Source: Candidatus Aenigmatarchaeota archaeon | GTDB taxonomy: Archaea > Aenigmatarchaeota > Aenigmatarchaeia > CG10238-14 > SpSt-28 | Direction: 5' to 3' | NCBI GenBank assembly: GCA_038997355.1 | Contig: JAWBAC010000002.1 | Span: forward strand, 1-55,934 | Length of the DNA: 55,934 nt | Shown: positions 9,518-17,434 of the stretch, piece by piece | Numbering within the stretch: the first letter of the stretch is position 1 | How the letters are laid out: every line of letters begins with the position of its first letter | Notes under the pieces: model-generated | Told to the model about the DNA's origin: nothing | Databases searched by the model: none | Seen by the model: only the letters and a program-made list of their open reading frames with translations | Translations under genes and position numbers: made by a program

Positions 9518-9525
9518 TTTATATA
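9518..9525. promoter_or_regulatory. Candidate shared TATA box for the divergent histone and 9556 genes
   Basis: TTTATATA reads as TATATAAA on the other strand. It lies 25 nt from the histone ATG (9493) and 30 nt from the ATG at 9556. This fits short-leader or leaderless archaeal transcripts. Confidence 0.35.
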
Positions 9526-9555
9526 TATGAAAAAAGGGAACAAACAATTGGTTTT

Positions 9556-10134
9556 ATGACAAATATTTATGAATTATTAGTTTTAATTGTTTTAAGTTCG
9601 TTAACTATCGCACCTCTATTATTCTCTTCAAAAAACTATCAATTAGTTGGAAACTTTCAAGAAATAGGAGCATTACCAGAAATAACTTCTTCTTCGAGTG
9701 AAGAAATTTCTCAAGTTTCAAGAAGTCTTTCTCCAGAAAGTTGTAAAGAAAAAGTATCTAATGCAGGCGCTAGCATTGAAATATCTGTTAACAATTTAGG
9801 AAATAACGTTGTTGTAGAAATACATCATATATCATCTAATTACAAGAGATATGCAAAAATTTCTAGCGAAGAAAGTTTTTATTCAATCAATACAAATAAC
9901 ATAACTTGTGAATTAACCTTAGGCAACGAAAAAGAAATATTATCCTTAAAATCCTCTAAAGGGAAGTTAACTATAGGCTTCATTAACGGAAGTTTTTTTG
10001 AAGAAACATATGGAATGGCGAGTAAACTAGATGATTTAGTAAGATATTGTAGAAAAGAGTTTAACTCTACAAAGGAAATAATTTTATCAATCATTAATAC
10101 TTCAACATGCCTAAAGGGAAAGTTTAATATCTAA
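9556..10134 (+). CDS. Hypothetical secreted or membrane-anchored protein
   Basis: The N-terminal hydrophobic helix (YELLVLIVLSSLTIAPLLF) is followed by a Ser-rich linker. No family recognised. Confidence 0.5.
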   Translation: MTNIYELLVLIVLSSLTIAPLLFSSKNYQLVGNFQEIGALPEITSSSSEEISQVSRSLSPESCKEKVSNAGASIEISVNNLGNNVVVEIHHISSNYKRYAKISSEESFYSINTNNITCELTLGNEKEILSLKSSKGKLTIGFINGSFFEETYGMASKLDDLVRYCRKEFNSTKEIILSIINTSTCLKGKFNI

Positions 10135-10139
10135 ATAAA

Positions 10140-10147
10140 TTTATATA
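10140..10147 (+). promoter_or_regulatory. Candidate TATA box of the L7Ae-S28e-L24e operon
   Basis: TTTATATA ends 23 nt upstream of the ATG at 10170. Confidence 0.35.
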
Positions 10148-10169
10148 TTTTTGATTGAATTATAATTCT

Positions 10170-10547
10170 ATGGCACCAAAATACGTAAAATTTGATGTTC
10201 CAGAAGAAGTACAGGAAAAAGTATTGAGATTAGTAGAGATAGCAAGAACAACAGGAAAAATTAAGAAAGGAACTAATGAAGTTACTAAAGCTGTAGAAAG
10301 AGGTCAAGCCAAATTAGTAATAATAGCTATGAATGTAGATCCAGAAGAGATTGTAATGCATTTACCATTATTATGCGAAGAGAAAAAGGTACCTTATATA
10401 TATGTAAAGAGAAAAGAAGATTTAGGTAAAGCTTCTGGAATTCAAGTATCTGCAGCAAGTGCATGTATAATTGAAGTTGGAGAGGGAAAGAAATTATTTG
10501 ACGAAATTATAAATTGGTTAAAAAATAACACACCACAAAACTTTTAA
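10170..10547 (+). CDS. rpl7ae: Ribosomal protein L7Ae (eL8 family, k-turn binder)
   Basis: [48 protein letters not shown]. The track start at 10155 is a TTG. The ATG at 10170 (MAPKYVKF) is preferred. Confidence 0.95.
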   Translation: MAPKYVKFDVPEEVQEKVLRLVEIARTTGKIKKGTNEVTKAVERGQAKLVIIAMNVDPEEIVMHLPLLCEEKKVPYIYVKRKEDLGKASGIQVSAASACIIEVGEGKKLFDEIINWLKNNTPQNF

Positions 10548-10559
10548 TAATTAAGAAAC

Positions 10560-10766
10560 ATGCCTGATCTATATCCTGCAGAGGTTATTGAAATAATCGG
10601 AAGAACAAGCTCTAAAGGCATTACTCAAGTAAAATGCAAAATATTAGAGGGAAAAGAAAAGGGTTCTATAGTTATAAGAAATGTCAGCGGACCTGTAAGA
10701 GTAGGAGATATATTACTTCTTAAGGAAGTTGAAATGGAAAGTGAAGAGAAAATTGAAGAAAGATGA
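10560..10766 (+). CDS. rps28e: Ribosomal protein S28e
   Basis: [51 protein letters not shown]. Confidence 0.95.
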   Translation: MPDLYPAEVIEIIGRTSSKGITQVKCKILEGKEKGSIVIRNVSGPVRVGDILLLKEVEMESEEKIEER

Positions 10767-10939
10767 ATTGTAATTATTGTAACAGAGAAATTAAAAAAGG
10801 AACTGGAAAAATGTATGTAACGTCTGTCGGAAAAATATATTTCTTTTGTTCTTCTAAATGTGAAAAATATTTTTTGATGGGAAGAAAATTAAAATCACAT
10901 AAATGGTTAAAAGATGAAATTAAAAATAGAAGTAGATAA
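10763..10939 (+). CDS. rpl24e: Ribosomal protein L24e
   Basis: Not in the ORF track (58 aa). My translation is [58 protein letters not shown]. It has the C-x2-C...C-x3-C L24e zinc motif, an ATGA overlap with S28e, and the conserved L7Ae-S28e-L24e order. Confidence 0.9.
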   Translation: MNCNYCNREIKKGTGKMYVTSVGKIYFFCSSKCEKYFLMGRKLKSHKWLKDEIKNRSR

Positions 10940-11933
10940 GAAAACATTAGAAAAAAGCGTTGAGATTATTGATTTTATTGGTAAGAAAACAATAGATAAT
11001 TTACTTTTCGAGTTTTTAAACAATAAAATTTACATAACCGACATATTATTTCTTGCATTAGATAAACTTAATAGAGATGAAAAAATAGTTTCTAAAGCTA
11101 ATGAAATAGAAAAAAACGATTTTTTAGACGAAAATTATAAGGGCGAGTTGATAAAATATTTAGAGAGAAAAATTTCAGAATTAGGAAATAAACCTTTCTT
11201 TACTTCTTTAGAAGTTTCCAAATTTTATCAATGCCAAAGAAGATTTTTCTTAGAGAAAGTTGTTCATTCTAGACAAAAGAAATCTGAAAAAAGTTATAAA
11301 GGAGAAGTGTTTCATAAATCGATTAGTAACTTTATAACAAACTATAACAAATATGTTGATAACATAGAAGTATTAGCTTCAATGGTTACAGAAAATGTTA
11401 TAAAAGAATACGAGAAAAAAGTTAAAATAGATAAATCAGAAGTTTTAAAATATCTTTATCAAATAGACTCTTTTATAAGGAAACAAAATTTTAAGTATAT
11501 AATTTCAGAACCAATATTAATTTCAATAAAGTATGGAATTATTGGCACACCTGATATAATAGGAATAACTAGAGATAATGAAATAATCCCTTTTGAAATA
11601 AAGACAAAAACAAATAAAATAAAGGAAGGTTTAAAAATTCAAATAGTCGGAGAAGCATTTGTTACTGAAGTTTGTTTTAGGAAGGAAGTTAATAAATCAT
11701 TTCTTTTAAGTCTTCAAAACGAAAAAACTTTTGAGATAAACATTACAGAAGAAGATAAAAAGCAAATACAAAACATATTGAACATGATGAAAAAAGTTTT
11801 GCTAAGTATGAGAATACCGCCAATGAGCAATTTGCCAAATTTTAGAAAAACCGTTTGTCCTTATTGTCATGTAAAAGAAACTTGCGATTTTATAGAAGAA
11901 ACAAGAAAAAGTTTACTAAAAAAGAAAGTTTAA
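10914..11933 (+). CDS. Cas4-like PD-(D/E)xK nuclease with four-Cys cluster (stand-alone)
   Basis: N-terminal Cys in YQCQRRFF. Catalytic GTPDIIG and FEIKTK (D...ExK). C-terminal CPYCHVKETC (C-x2-C-x5-C). A ~100-aa N-terminal extension of unknown function. The ATG at 10914 overlaps L24e by 26 nt. Confidence 0.75.
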   Translation: MKLKIEVDKKTLEKSVEIIDFIGKKTIDNLLFEFLNNKIYITDILFLALDKLNRDEKIVSKANEIEKNDFLDENYKGELIKYLERKISELGNKPFFTSLEVSKFYQCQRRFFLEKVVHSRQKKSEKSYKGEVFHKSISNFITNYNKYVDNIEVLASMVTENVIKEYEKKVKIDKSEVLKYLYQIDSFIRKQNFKYIISEPILISIKYGIIGTPDIIGITRDNEIIPFEIKTKTNKIKEGLKIQIVGEAFVTEVCFRKEVNKSFLLSLQNEKTFEINITEEDKKQIQNILNMMKKVLLSMRIPPMSNLPNFRKTVCPYCHVKETCDFIEETRKSLLKKKV

Positions 11934-11941
11934 AAATTTAA

Positions 11942-12027
11942 TGCGGGGGGTGGGATTTGAACCCACGACGGCACTAAGCCACTGGGACCTCAACCCAGCG
12001 CCCTTGTCCAGGCTAGGCGACCCCCGC
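11942..12027 (-). tRNA. tRNA-Leu (anticodon GAG), type II with long variable arm
   Basis: Read on the minus strand: GCGGGGG acceptor pairs with CCCCCGC. Anticodon stem CTGGG/CCCAG with loop TTGAGGT. Long variable arm. T-arm GTGGGTTCAAATCCCAC. No encoded CCA. Confidence 0.9.
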
Positions 12028-12059
12028 ATAAACTATATAAAAAATTAAAACTAATTTTT

Positions 12060-13178
12060 ATGACGTTTGAATATATAATAACGATAGCAATAATATCGAT
12101 AATAGCCTTATTTTTGTATATAGACAGGAAAAATATAGAAGTTAAAGGTATAATTCTTCTAAGAAGAACGAAAAGGTTTAATAAATTGTTAGAAACAATT
12201 GCCGAAAAATATAAAAAACTTTTTAATTATTTAGGCTATTTTTCTATAGTTTCTGCTTTTATAGCGGTTGGAATATTTTTCTATTTTGCTGTTGCAGAAT
12301 TACTTAAACCTCCAAAAAATATGGCACCCATACAACTTGTATTGCCATCTTTACCTGGCTTGTGTTCTAGTGGATTCGTACTTTGCGTACCTCCATATTT
12401 TTGGTTTTTGGTTATACCTCTTATTGCAATTTTTCATGAGGCAATGCATGCAATATACGCAAAAATTTCTAATCTAAGGATAAAATCTGTCGGATACGCA
12501 TTTATATTAATATTGCCGGCATTTTTTGTAGAAATAGATGAGAAAAAGCTTAAGAAAGCTAAAACTCTAGATAAATTAAAGATTTTTTCTTCTGGTTCGT
12601 TTGGGAATTTCATACTAGCTCTTATAGGTTTAGCACTTTTGTATATTTTTTCATTTGTTTTTGATATGATGTATGTTGAAAGCGGTCTAATCTTTTATGT
12701 AATAAATAACACACCAGCTTATTATGCAAACCTTTCTGGAATTCTAATTGGCATAAATGATAAAGAAATAAGAAACATAGCAGATTTAGAAAACATAAAG
12801 AAAGAACTTCAGCCTAATCAAACAATAAAAGTAATAACAACAAGCGGAGTTTACAACATTACATTAACAGAAAACAAGACAATAGGAATAATTATAAAAG
12901 AAGTATACTATAAAGGCAAAAATGATTTTTTTGAGAGAAATAAAGAAACGATTTTATCTGGTTTTTCTTTAATTAGAGAATTTTTCTTTTGGCTAATAAT
13001 TTTGAACTTTGGTATAGGAATGTTTAACCTTTTACCTATTAAACCTCTAGATGGAGGTTTGTTTTTTGAGGAAGTATTTAGAAGATTAAAATATGGTGAG
13101 AAAATTTACAAAACATTCTCCTTATTAACAATACTTTTAATCGCACTACTATTCTTAAAAGCTATTTTAAGATTTTAA
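12060..13178 (+). CDS. Site-2 protease family (M50) membrane metalloprotease with PDZ-like insert
   Basis: HEAMHAIYA (HExxH) in a TM helix. Distal FNLLPIKPLDGG motif. Multiple TM segments. Confidence 0.85.
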   Translation: MTFEYIITIAIISIIALFLYIDRKNIEVKGIILLRRTKRFNKLLETIAEKYKKLFNYLGYFSIVSAFIAVGIFFYFAVAELLKPPKNMAPIQLVLPSLPGLCSSGFVLCVPPYFWFLVIPLIAIFHEAMHAIYAKISNLRIKSVGYAFILILPAFFVEIDEKKLKKAKTLDKLKIFSSGSFGNFILALIGLALLYIFSFVFDMMYVESGLIFYVINNTPAYYANLSGILIGINDKEIRNIADLENIKKELQPNQTIKVITTSGVYNITLTENKTIGIIIKEVYYKGKNDFFERNKETILSGFSLIREFFFWLIILNFGIGMFNLLPIKPLDGGLFFEEVFRRLKYGEKIYKTFSLLTILLIALLFLKAILRF

Positions 13179-13738
13179 GAAGCTATTTTATCTTTTCTTT
13201 CTATTTTTATTATATCAAAGAATTTAGGAATCGCTATTTTTTTAACTTCTTTTTCTATTTTTTTCAAAACAGTGTTTTTTAGTATCATATCTTCTAAGAT
13301 ATCCTTTAAAGTCATTTGAGACAAAATTTTTATTGTGTTTTCTTCTACAATTTTTCTAATAGCTTTTTCCTGTTTGCCTCTAAGTCTTCTAAAAGTTAAT
13401 ATGTATTTCACTCTTAATAATGCATTATCTTTTGTTTTAACATTAACATAAACATTCATTCTTTTTATACCAACATATACATGGCTCTGAATATATTCTC
13501 TTAAACTTTCTATTCCATCAAATCTACTGTACGCAATTCCATTTTCTATTTTTGTGATTCTGAACCACACTTTATATTGATATTTGTTGGATTGAGTTAA
13601 TTCAGTTAAGTTTAAACAAAATCTTCTATTTATTAAATAATTATAATCGCTGCAAAAAGTATCAGATATTTCTTTGTTTTGGAATTCTTCGCTTGCTAAT
13701 AGTTTGACTCTATATAATTGTTTTTTTGCTTTCACCAT
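13175..13738 (-). CDS. rps3ae: Ribosomal protein S3Ae (eS1)
   Basis: Length and blocks FRITKIENGIAYSRFDG...VKTKDNALLRVKYILTFRRLRGKQEKAIRKI are typical of S3Ae. Confidence 0.9.
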   Translation of the reverse strand: MVKAKKQLYRVKLLASEEFQNKEISDTFCSDYNYLINRRFCLNLTELTQSNKYQYKVWFRITKIENGIAYSRFDGIESLREYIQSHVYVGIKRMNVYVNVKTKDNALLRVKYILTFRRLRGKQEKAIRKIVEENTIKILSQMTLKDILEDMILKNTVLKKIEKEVKKIAIPKFFDIIKIERKDKIAS

Positions 13739-14148
13739 TATTTAGAATATTTTTGTACTAATATTTTAGCTTCTTCTGGATCGTATTTCCAATCAACAGG
13801 TAACTTTCCAACTCTCTTATAGTATTTTTCCAATCTCTTTATTTTTGATTCTATTAAAATTAAACCTCTTCTTGAATGCTCATCTTTTCTATGAATTTCT
13901 AAATGCTTTCTTAACTTAACAGCTCTTTTAAGCAAATTTAACAAATCTTCAGGTATTTCATATTTTATTCCGTTTTCTTCTAAAATTTTTGTTATTGATT
14001 TACCAGTTATTTCTTTTACACTTGGTATTCCATACGAATCTCTTAGAATTAAACCAATCATAGAAGGCATGTAACCTTCTTTAGCTAATTTAACCACTAA
14101 GTTTTCTACTTCCTTTTTCGAATATCTAAGTTTAACATTCATAACCAC
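13738..14148 (-). CDS. rps15: Ribosomal protein S15 (uS15/S13e)
   Basis: [30 protein letters not shown]...[25 protein letters not shown]. Confidence 0.93.
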   Translation of the reverse strand: MVMNVKLRYSKKEVENLVVKLAKEGYMPSMIGLILRDSYGIPSVKEITGKSITKILEENGIKYEIPEDLLNLLKRAVKLRKHLEIHRKDEHSRRGLILIESKIKRLEKYYKRVGKLPVDWKYDPEEAKILVQKYSK

Positions 14149-14170
14149 AATTATTTAATATTAAAAATAT

Positions 14171-14374
14171 TTATTTCTTTGACAAATCCTTTAAGAATAT
14201 TATTAAAATTAGTGCAAAGACAGAAAAGAAGATTATTGCAGAATTGATTGAAATTAACCAAAAAGACAGAGATTTAGAGAAAGGAGAAGTTAATATTCCT
14301 ATCGCTATTAGAATTGCCGAAATTATTATTATATACGTTACTACTTTTTCTAATAGCGGTAATTTTTCTTTCAT
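14171..14374 (-). CDS. Small hypothetical membrane protein
   Basis: 67 aa with two hydrophobic helices. No family recognised, so it could be spurious. Confidence 0.35.
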   Translation of the reverse strand: MKEKLPLLEKVVTYIIIISAILIAIGILTSPFSKSLSFWLISINSAIIFFSVFALILIIFLKDLSKK

Positions 14375-14511
14375 AAATTTTAAATAAGCTAATGTATAAA
14401 TTATAAAATTATGGAAAAGAAGAAGAAATGAGTTCCTTTAAACTAATAGCAGCAGATATTTGTTCTTAAGAAGCAGCTTTCTTTAATATCTTTCTTTTTA
14501 TTTTTATTTTT

Positions 14512-14600
14512 CGCCCCGGCCGGGATTCGAACCCGGGTCTGCGGCGTTCTGTTAGTTATTATTGACAGGCCGCCATCCTAGACCACTAGACGACCGGGGC
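14512..14600 (-). tRNA. tRNA-Asp (anticodon GTC) with a 16-nt intron at the canonical 37/38 site
   Basis: Minus strand: acceptor GCCCCGG/CCGGGGC. Anticodon stem GCGGC/GCCGC. Loop CTGTCA[intron]C. T-arm CCGGGTTCGAATCCCGG. The CTGT...ACAG pairing flanked by 3-nt bulges fits a bulge-helix-bulge. Confidence 0.85.
14547..14562 (-). other. tRNA-Asp intron
   Basis: ATAATAACTAACAGAA on the minus strand, between anticodon-loop position 37 (A) and 38 (C). Confidence 0.7.
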
Positions 14601-14653
14601 ATAAATAAATATAAATATTATATATTTTCGATAAGCTATAAAAAATAAAAGTT

Positions 14654-15055
14654 ATGAAAGGCTCATACATACTAATTTTAAAATTAGATAAGGATGAAAA
14701 ACTAAACATTGGAAAGTTAGGAGAATTTGAACTAAAGAAGGGATATTATTGTTATGTAGGTAGTGCAAATGGTAAAAATATAGAAATTGAAGATAGAATA
14801 AGAAGATATTTTAAGCTTAATCAAGAAAAGAAAGGAAATTTAAGATGGCATATAGACTATCTTCTTATAAATCCTAATGTAAAAATAATAGATGTCATAA
14901 AGAGTAAAATTGATGAATGTAAACTTGCTAAAAAAGTCGAAAAAGTTTGTTTAGAAAGTGTACCTAATTTTGGAAATAGTGATTGTGATTGCGAATCTCA
15001 TTTATTCTTTCATTATATAAATCCCAAAGTAAAACTCTTAAAAATTTTAAAATAA
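14654..15055 (+). CDS. GIY-YIG superfamily (DUF123-type) endonuclease-like protein
   Basis: GSYILILKL...KKGYYCYVGSA...RIRRYF...LRWHIDYLL matches the Uri/DUF123 pattern. Confidence 0.8.
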   Translation: MKGSYILILKLDKDEKLNIGKLGEFELKKGYYCYVGSANGKNIEIEDRIRRYFKLNQEKKGNLRWHIDYLLINPNVKIIDVIKSKIDECKLAKKVEKVCLESVPNFGNSDCDCESHLFFHYINPKVKLLKILK

Positions 15056-15057
15056 TT

Positions 15058-15181
15058 GTGGGTGGCGACGCACTCCCTTTCCCGCCACATGCGTGGCAGT
15101 ACTCGGGAGTACGCTGGCCGGTTTCACTTCCGTGTTCGGTATGGGTACGGGTGGGTCCCGGCCGCTTTGGTCGCCACCCAC
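15058..15181 (-). rRNA. rrf: 5S ribosomal RNA (stand-alone)
   Basis: Minus strand reads GTGGGTGGCGAC...CCCGTACCCATACCGAACACGGAAGTGAAAC...GAGTACTG...GTCGCCACCCAC. It has the hallmark CCGAACACGGAAG loop C/helix III region and a 12-bp terminal helix I. It is a strongly GC-rich island. Confidence 0.93.
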
Positions 15182-15208
15182 AATAATAAAAATAAAAAAT
15201 AAATATTT

Positions 15209-16501
15209 ATGCTAGGATTTTTATCTAAAAAGATTGAAAGTTTAGCGAGAAAGATTTATTCTTCAAAACTTGATGAAAAAGCAATAGACGAAATACTAAA
15301 CGAATTTAAAATAATTCTATTGGAAAGTGATGTGGATATAAGCATTGTTAATAAGATTATTACAAACATAAGAACCGAAATTAAAAAATCAAAAATACCC
15401 GTTGGATTAACATACAGAGAATTCTTAATAAAACTTTTGTATGACAGTTTAGTTGAGATTCTTGGTAAAGAAAAAGCAAACTTAATAGGTAAGAAAAAGA
15501 TAATGCTTGTTGGTTTATTTGGTAGCGGAAAAACAACAACAGCTGCAAAACTTGCAAAATATTTTCAAAAAAGAGGGTTAAAACCTCTCTTAGTAGCATT
15601 AGATTTTCATAGACCTGCTGCTATAGAGCAATTAAAACAACTCGCAGAAGAGATTAATGTTAACTTCTTTGTAGATAAAGATCCTTATGAAACAGCTAAA
15701 AAAAGCCTAGAATTTCTTAATAAATATGATACATTAATTTACGATACAGCAGGTAGAGATGCTTTAGACAAAGAATTGGCAAAAGAACTGAAAAAACTTA
15801 AAGAAATTATTGAGCCTGATGAAATACTCTTAGTTATTCCCGCAGATATAGGTAAGGTGGCAAAAAAACAAGCAGAAGAATTCCATAAGTTAGTAGGAAT
15901 AACTGGAGTTATTGTAACTAAAGTCGATAGCACAGCAAAAGCTGGAGGAGCATTAAATGCTTGTAGCGTTACTAACGCAAAAGTAAAATTTATAACTTTT
16001 GGAGAGAAGATAGATGCAATAGAAGAATACGATCCAAAATCGTTTGTTTCTAGGATGTTAGGTTTAGGGGATTTAAATTCACTATTACAAAAAATAAAGT
16101 TAGAATTAAAAGATAAAGTAGAAATAGAGGAATTTAATTTTGAAGAGTTTTTAAAACAAATTCAAACAATTCAAAGTTTAGGTTCTTTAGCTAGTATAGC
16201 AAAACATTTACCTTTTGTAGGAATTTCTATACCAGAAGAACTTCTAGAATTGCAAGAGCAAAAAATGCAAAAATGGAAATATATAATTCAAAGCATGACA
16301 AAAGAAGAGAGGAGAAACCCAGATATATTAGACGAGAGCAGAATAAAAAGAATTGCAAAAGGTAGCGGAACTAGCGAGCAAGAGGTTAGAGAGTTAATAT
16401 CTACTTATAAAAAAATTCAAAAACTTATGAAAAATTATGGAAAACTGATGCAAAACAAACAATTTGCTTCTTTAATGAAAAGGTTCGGTTTAAGTTTCTA
16501 A
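15209..16501 (+). CDS. srp54: Signal recognition particle protein SRP54
   Basis: N domain. G domain with GLFGSGKTTTAAKLA, DTAGR and TKVD. Met-rich C-terminal M domain. Confidence 0.97.
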   Translation: MLGFLSKKIESLARKIYSSKLDEKAIDEILNEFKIILLESDVDISIVNKIITNIRTEIKKSKIPVGLTYREFLIKLLYDSLVEILGKEKANLIGKKKIMLVGLFGSGKTTTAAKLAKYFQKRGLKPLLVALDFHRPAAIEQLKQLAEEINVNFFVDKDPYETAKKSLEFLNKYDTLIYDTAGRDALDKELAKELKKLKEIIEPDEILLVIPADIGKVAKKQAEEFHKLVGITGVIVTKVDSTAKAGGALNACSVTNAKVKFITFGEKIDAIEEYDPKSFVSRMLGLGDLNSLLQKIKLELKDKVEIEEFNFEEFLKQIQTIQSLGSLASIAKHLPFVGISIPEELLELQEQKMQKWKYIIQSMTKEERRNPDILDESRIKRIAKGSGTSEQEVRELISTYKKIQKLMKNYGKLMQNKQFASLMKRFGLSF

Positions 16502-17428
16502 CAAATTCTTTATAAACATTTCTTTATCGAATTTTTCTAAATCATCTTCTTTTTGGCCTGTACCAATATATGCAATAGGAACTTTAAACTCATATTCTAT
16601 AGATAAAATATTTCCACCCTTTTCATTCACATCAACTTTTGTAAATACAACAAAATCAATATTTGAAATTTGTTGAAAGAATTTAAATTGATTTACTATA
16701 TCGCTACCTGTTAAAGAATCTAGTACCAAAATTTTAATATCTGGATTATTAACTCTAACTATTTTTGCTAATTCATCCATTAGATTTTTATTAGTATGAC
16801 TTCTTCCTGCAGTGTCTGCCAAAATAATTTCGTAACCATTTTTTATTGCATATTGTTTTGCTTCGTATATTACTGCAGCAGGATCATAACCGTAATCTTT
16901 TTTAAATATATCTACTTTTAGTTTTTTAGACCATTCATCTAGTTGTTCTATTGCAGCGGCTCTAAAAGTATCTGCAGCCACCAAAAGCACTTTATATTTT
17001 TTAGAGAGTTTTTTAGCAATTTTTGCTATTGTAGTTGTTTTTCCGCTACCATTAAATCCAAAAAACAAAATTAATATAGGTTTTTTCATTTTTTCTATCT
17101 CTTTTTCAAAATCTCTACTTTCTGCATAAGAAAGGATTTCTTCAATACTTTTTCTTATAGAGTTCATTATTTCTTCTTTGAATTTTTTTCTTTCTATTTT
17201 CTTTCCTATAAGATTTTTCTTTATATCCTCTATTATTTTTTTCGTTACATTATAACTACAATCAGCTTCTATCAGATTAACTTCTAATTCTTCTAAGAAA
17301 TCTTTTAAATCTTCTTCTTTTATCTCTTTTTTTGTAATTTTTTCTTTAGTTTTTTTAACTTCCTCTTTTACTTTCTTTGTTACTTTCTCTACAAATTCCT
17401 TTATTTTTTTCTTAAAAAAAGAAAACAT
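16490..17428 (-). CDS. ftsY: SRP receptor FtsY
   Basis: K/E-rich A region, then GFNGSGKTTTIAKIA, DTAGR and TKVD. Confidence 0.95.
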   Translation of the reverse strand: MFSFFKKKIKEFVEKVTKKVKEEVKKTKEKITKKEIKEEDLKDFLEELEVNLIEADCSYNVTKKIIEDIKKNLIGKKIERKKFKEEIMNSIRKSIEEILSYAESRDFEKEIEKMKKPILILFFGFNGSGKTTTIAKIAKKLSKKYKVLLVAADTFRAAAIEQLDEWSKKLKVDIFKKDYGYDPAAVIYEAKQYAIKNGYEIILADTAGRSHTNKNLMDELAKIVRVNNPDIKILVLDSLTGSDIVNQFKFFQQISNIDFVVFTKVDVNEKGGNILSIEYEFKVPIAYIGTGQKEDDLEKFDKEMFIKNLLET

Positions 17429-17434
17429 AAAGGA

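Noticed and set aside
9494-9547. An 18-codon N-terminal extension of the histone ORF (MFVPFFHIYKFLQKNVDI).
   Set aside because: The extension contains the only TATA-like element of the divergent intergenic region and is hydrophobic and non-histone-like. The internal ATG at 9493 gives a normal ~70-aa histone.
10914-11933. A Cas4-like gene might mark a CRISPR-Cas locus.
   Set aside because: No direct-repeat/spacer array and no cas1, cas2 or effector genes are visible anywhere in the 56 kb. I treat it as a solo Cas4-like nuclease.
15058-15181. The GC-rich RNA next to srp54 might be the SRP (7S) RNA.
   Set aside because: At ~124 nt it is too short for archaeal SRP RNA. It carries the 5S-specific CCGAACACGGAAG and GAGTACTG elements and a 5S-type terminal helix.
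14989-15186. A 65-aa plus-strand ORF rich in G/P/W/R.
   Set aside because: It is the antisense translation of the GC-rich 5S rRNA gene. The RNA gene explains the sequence completely.
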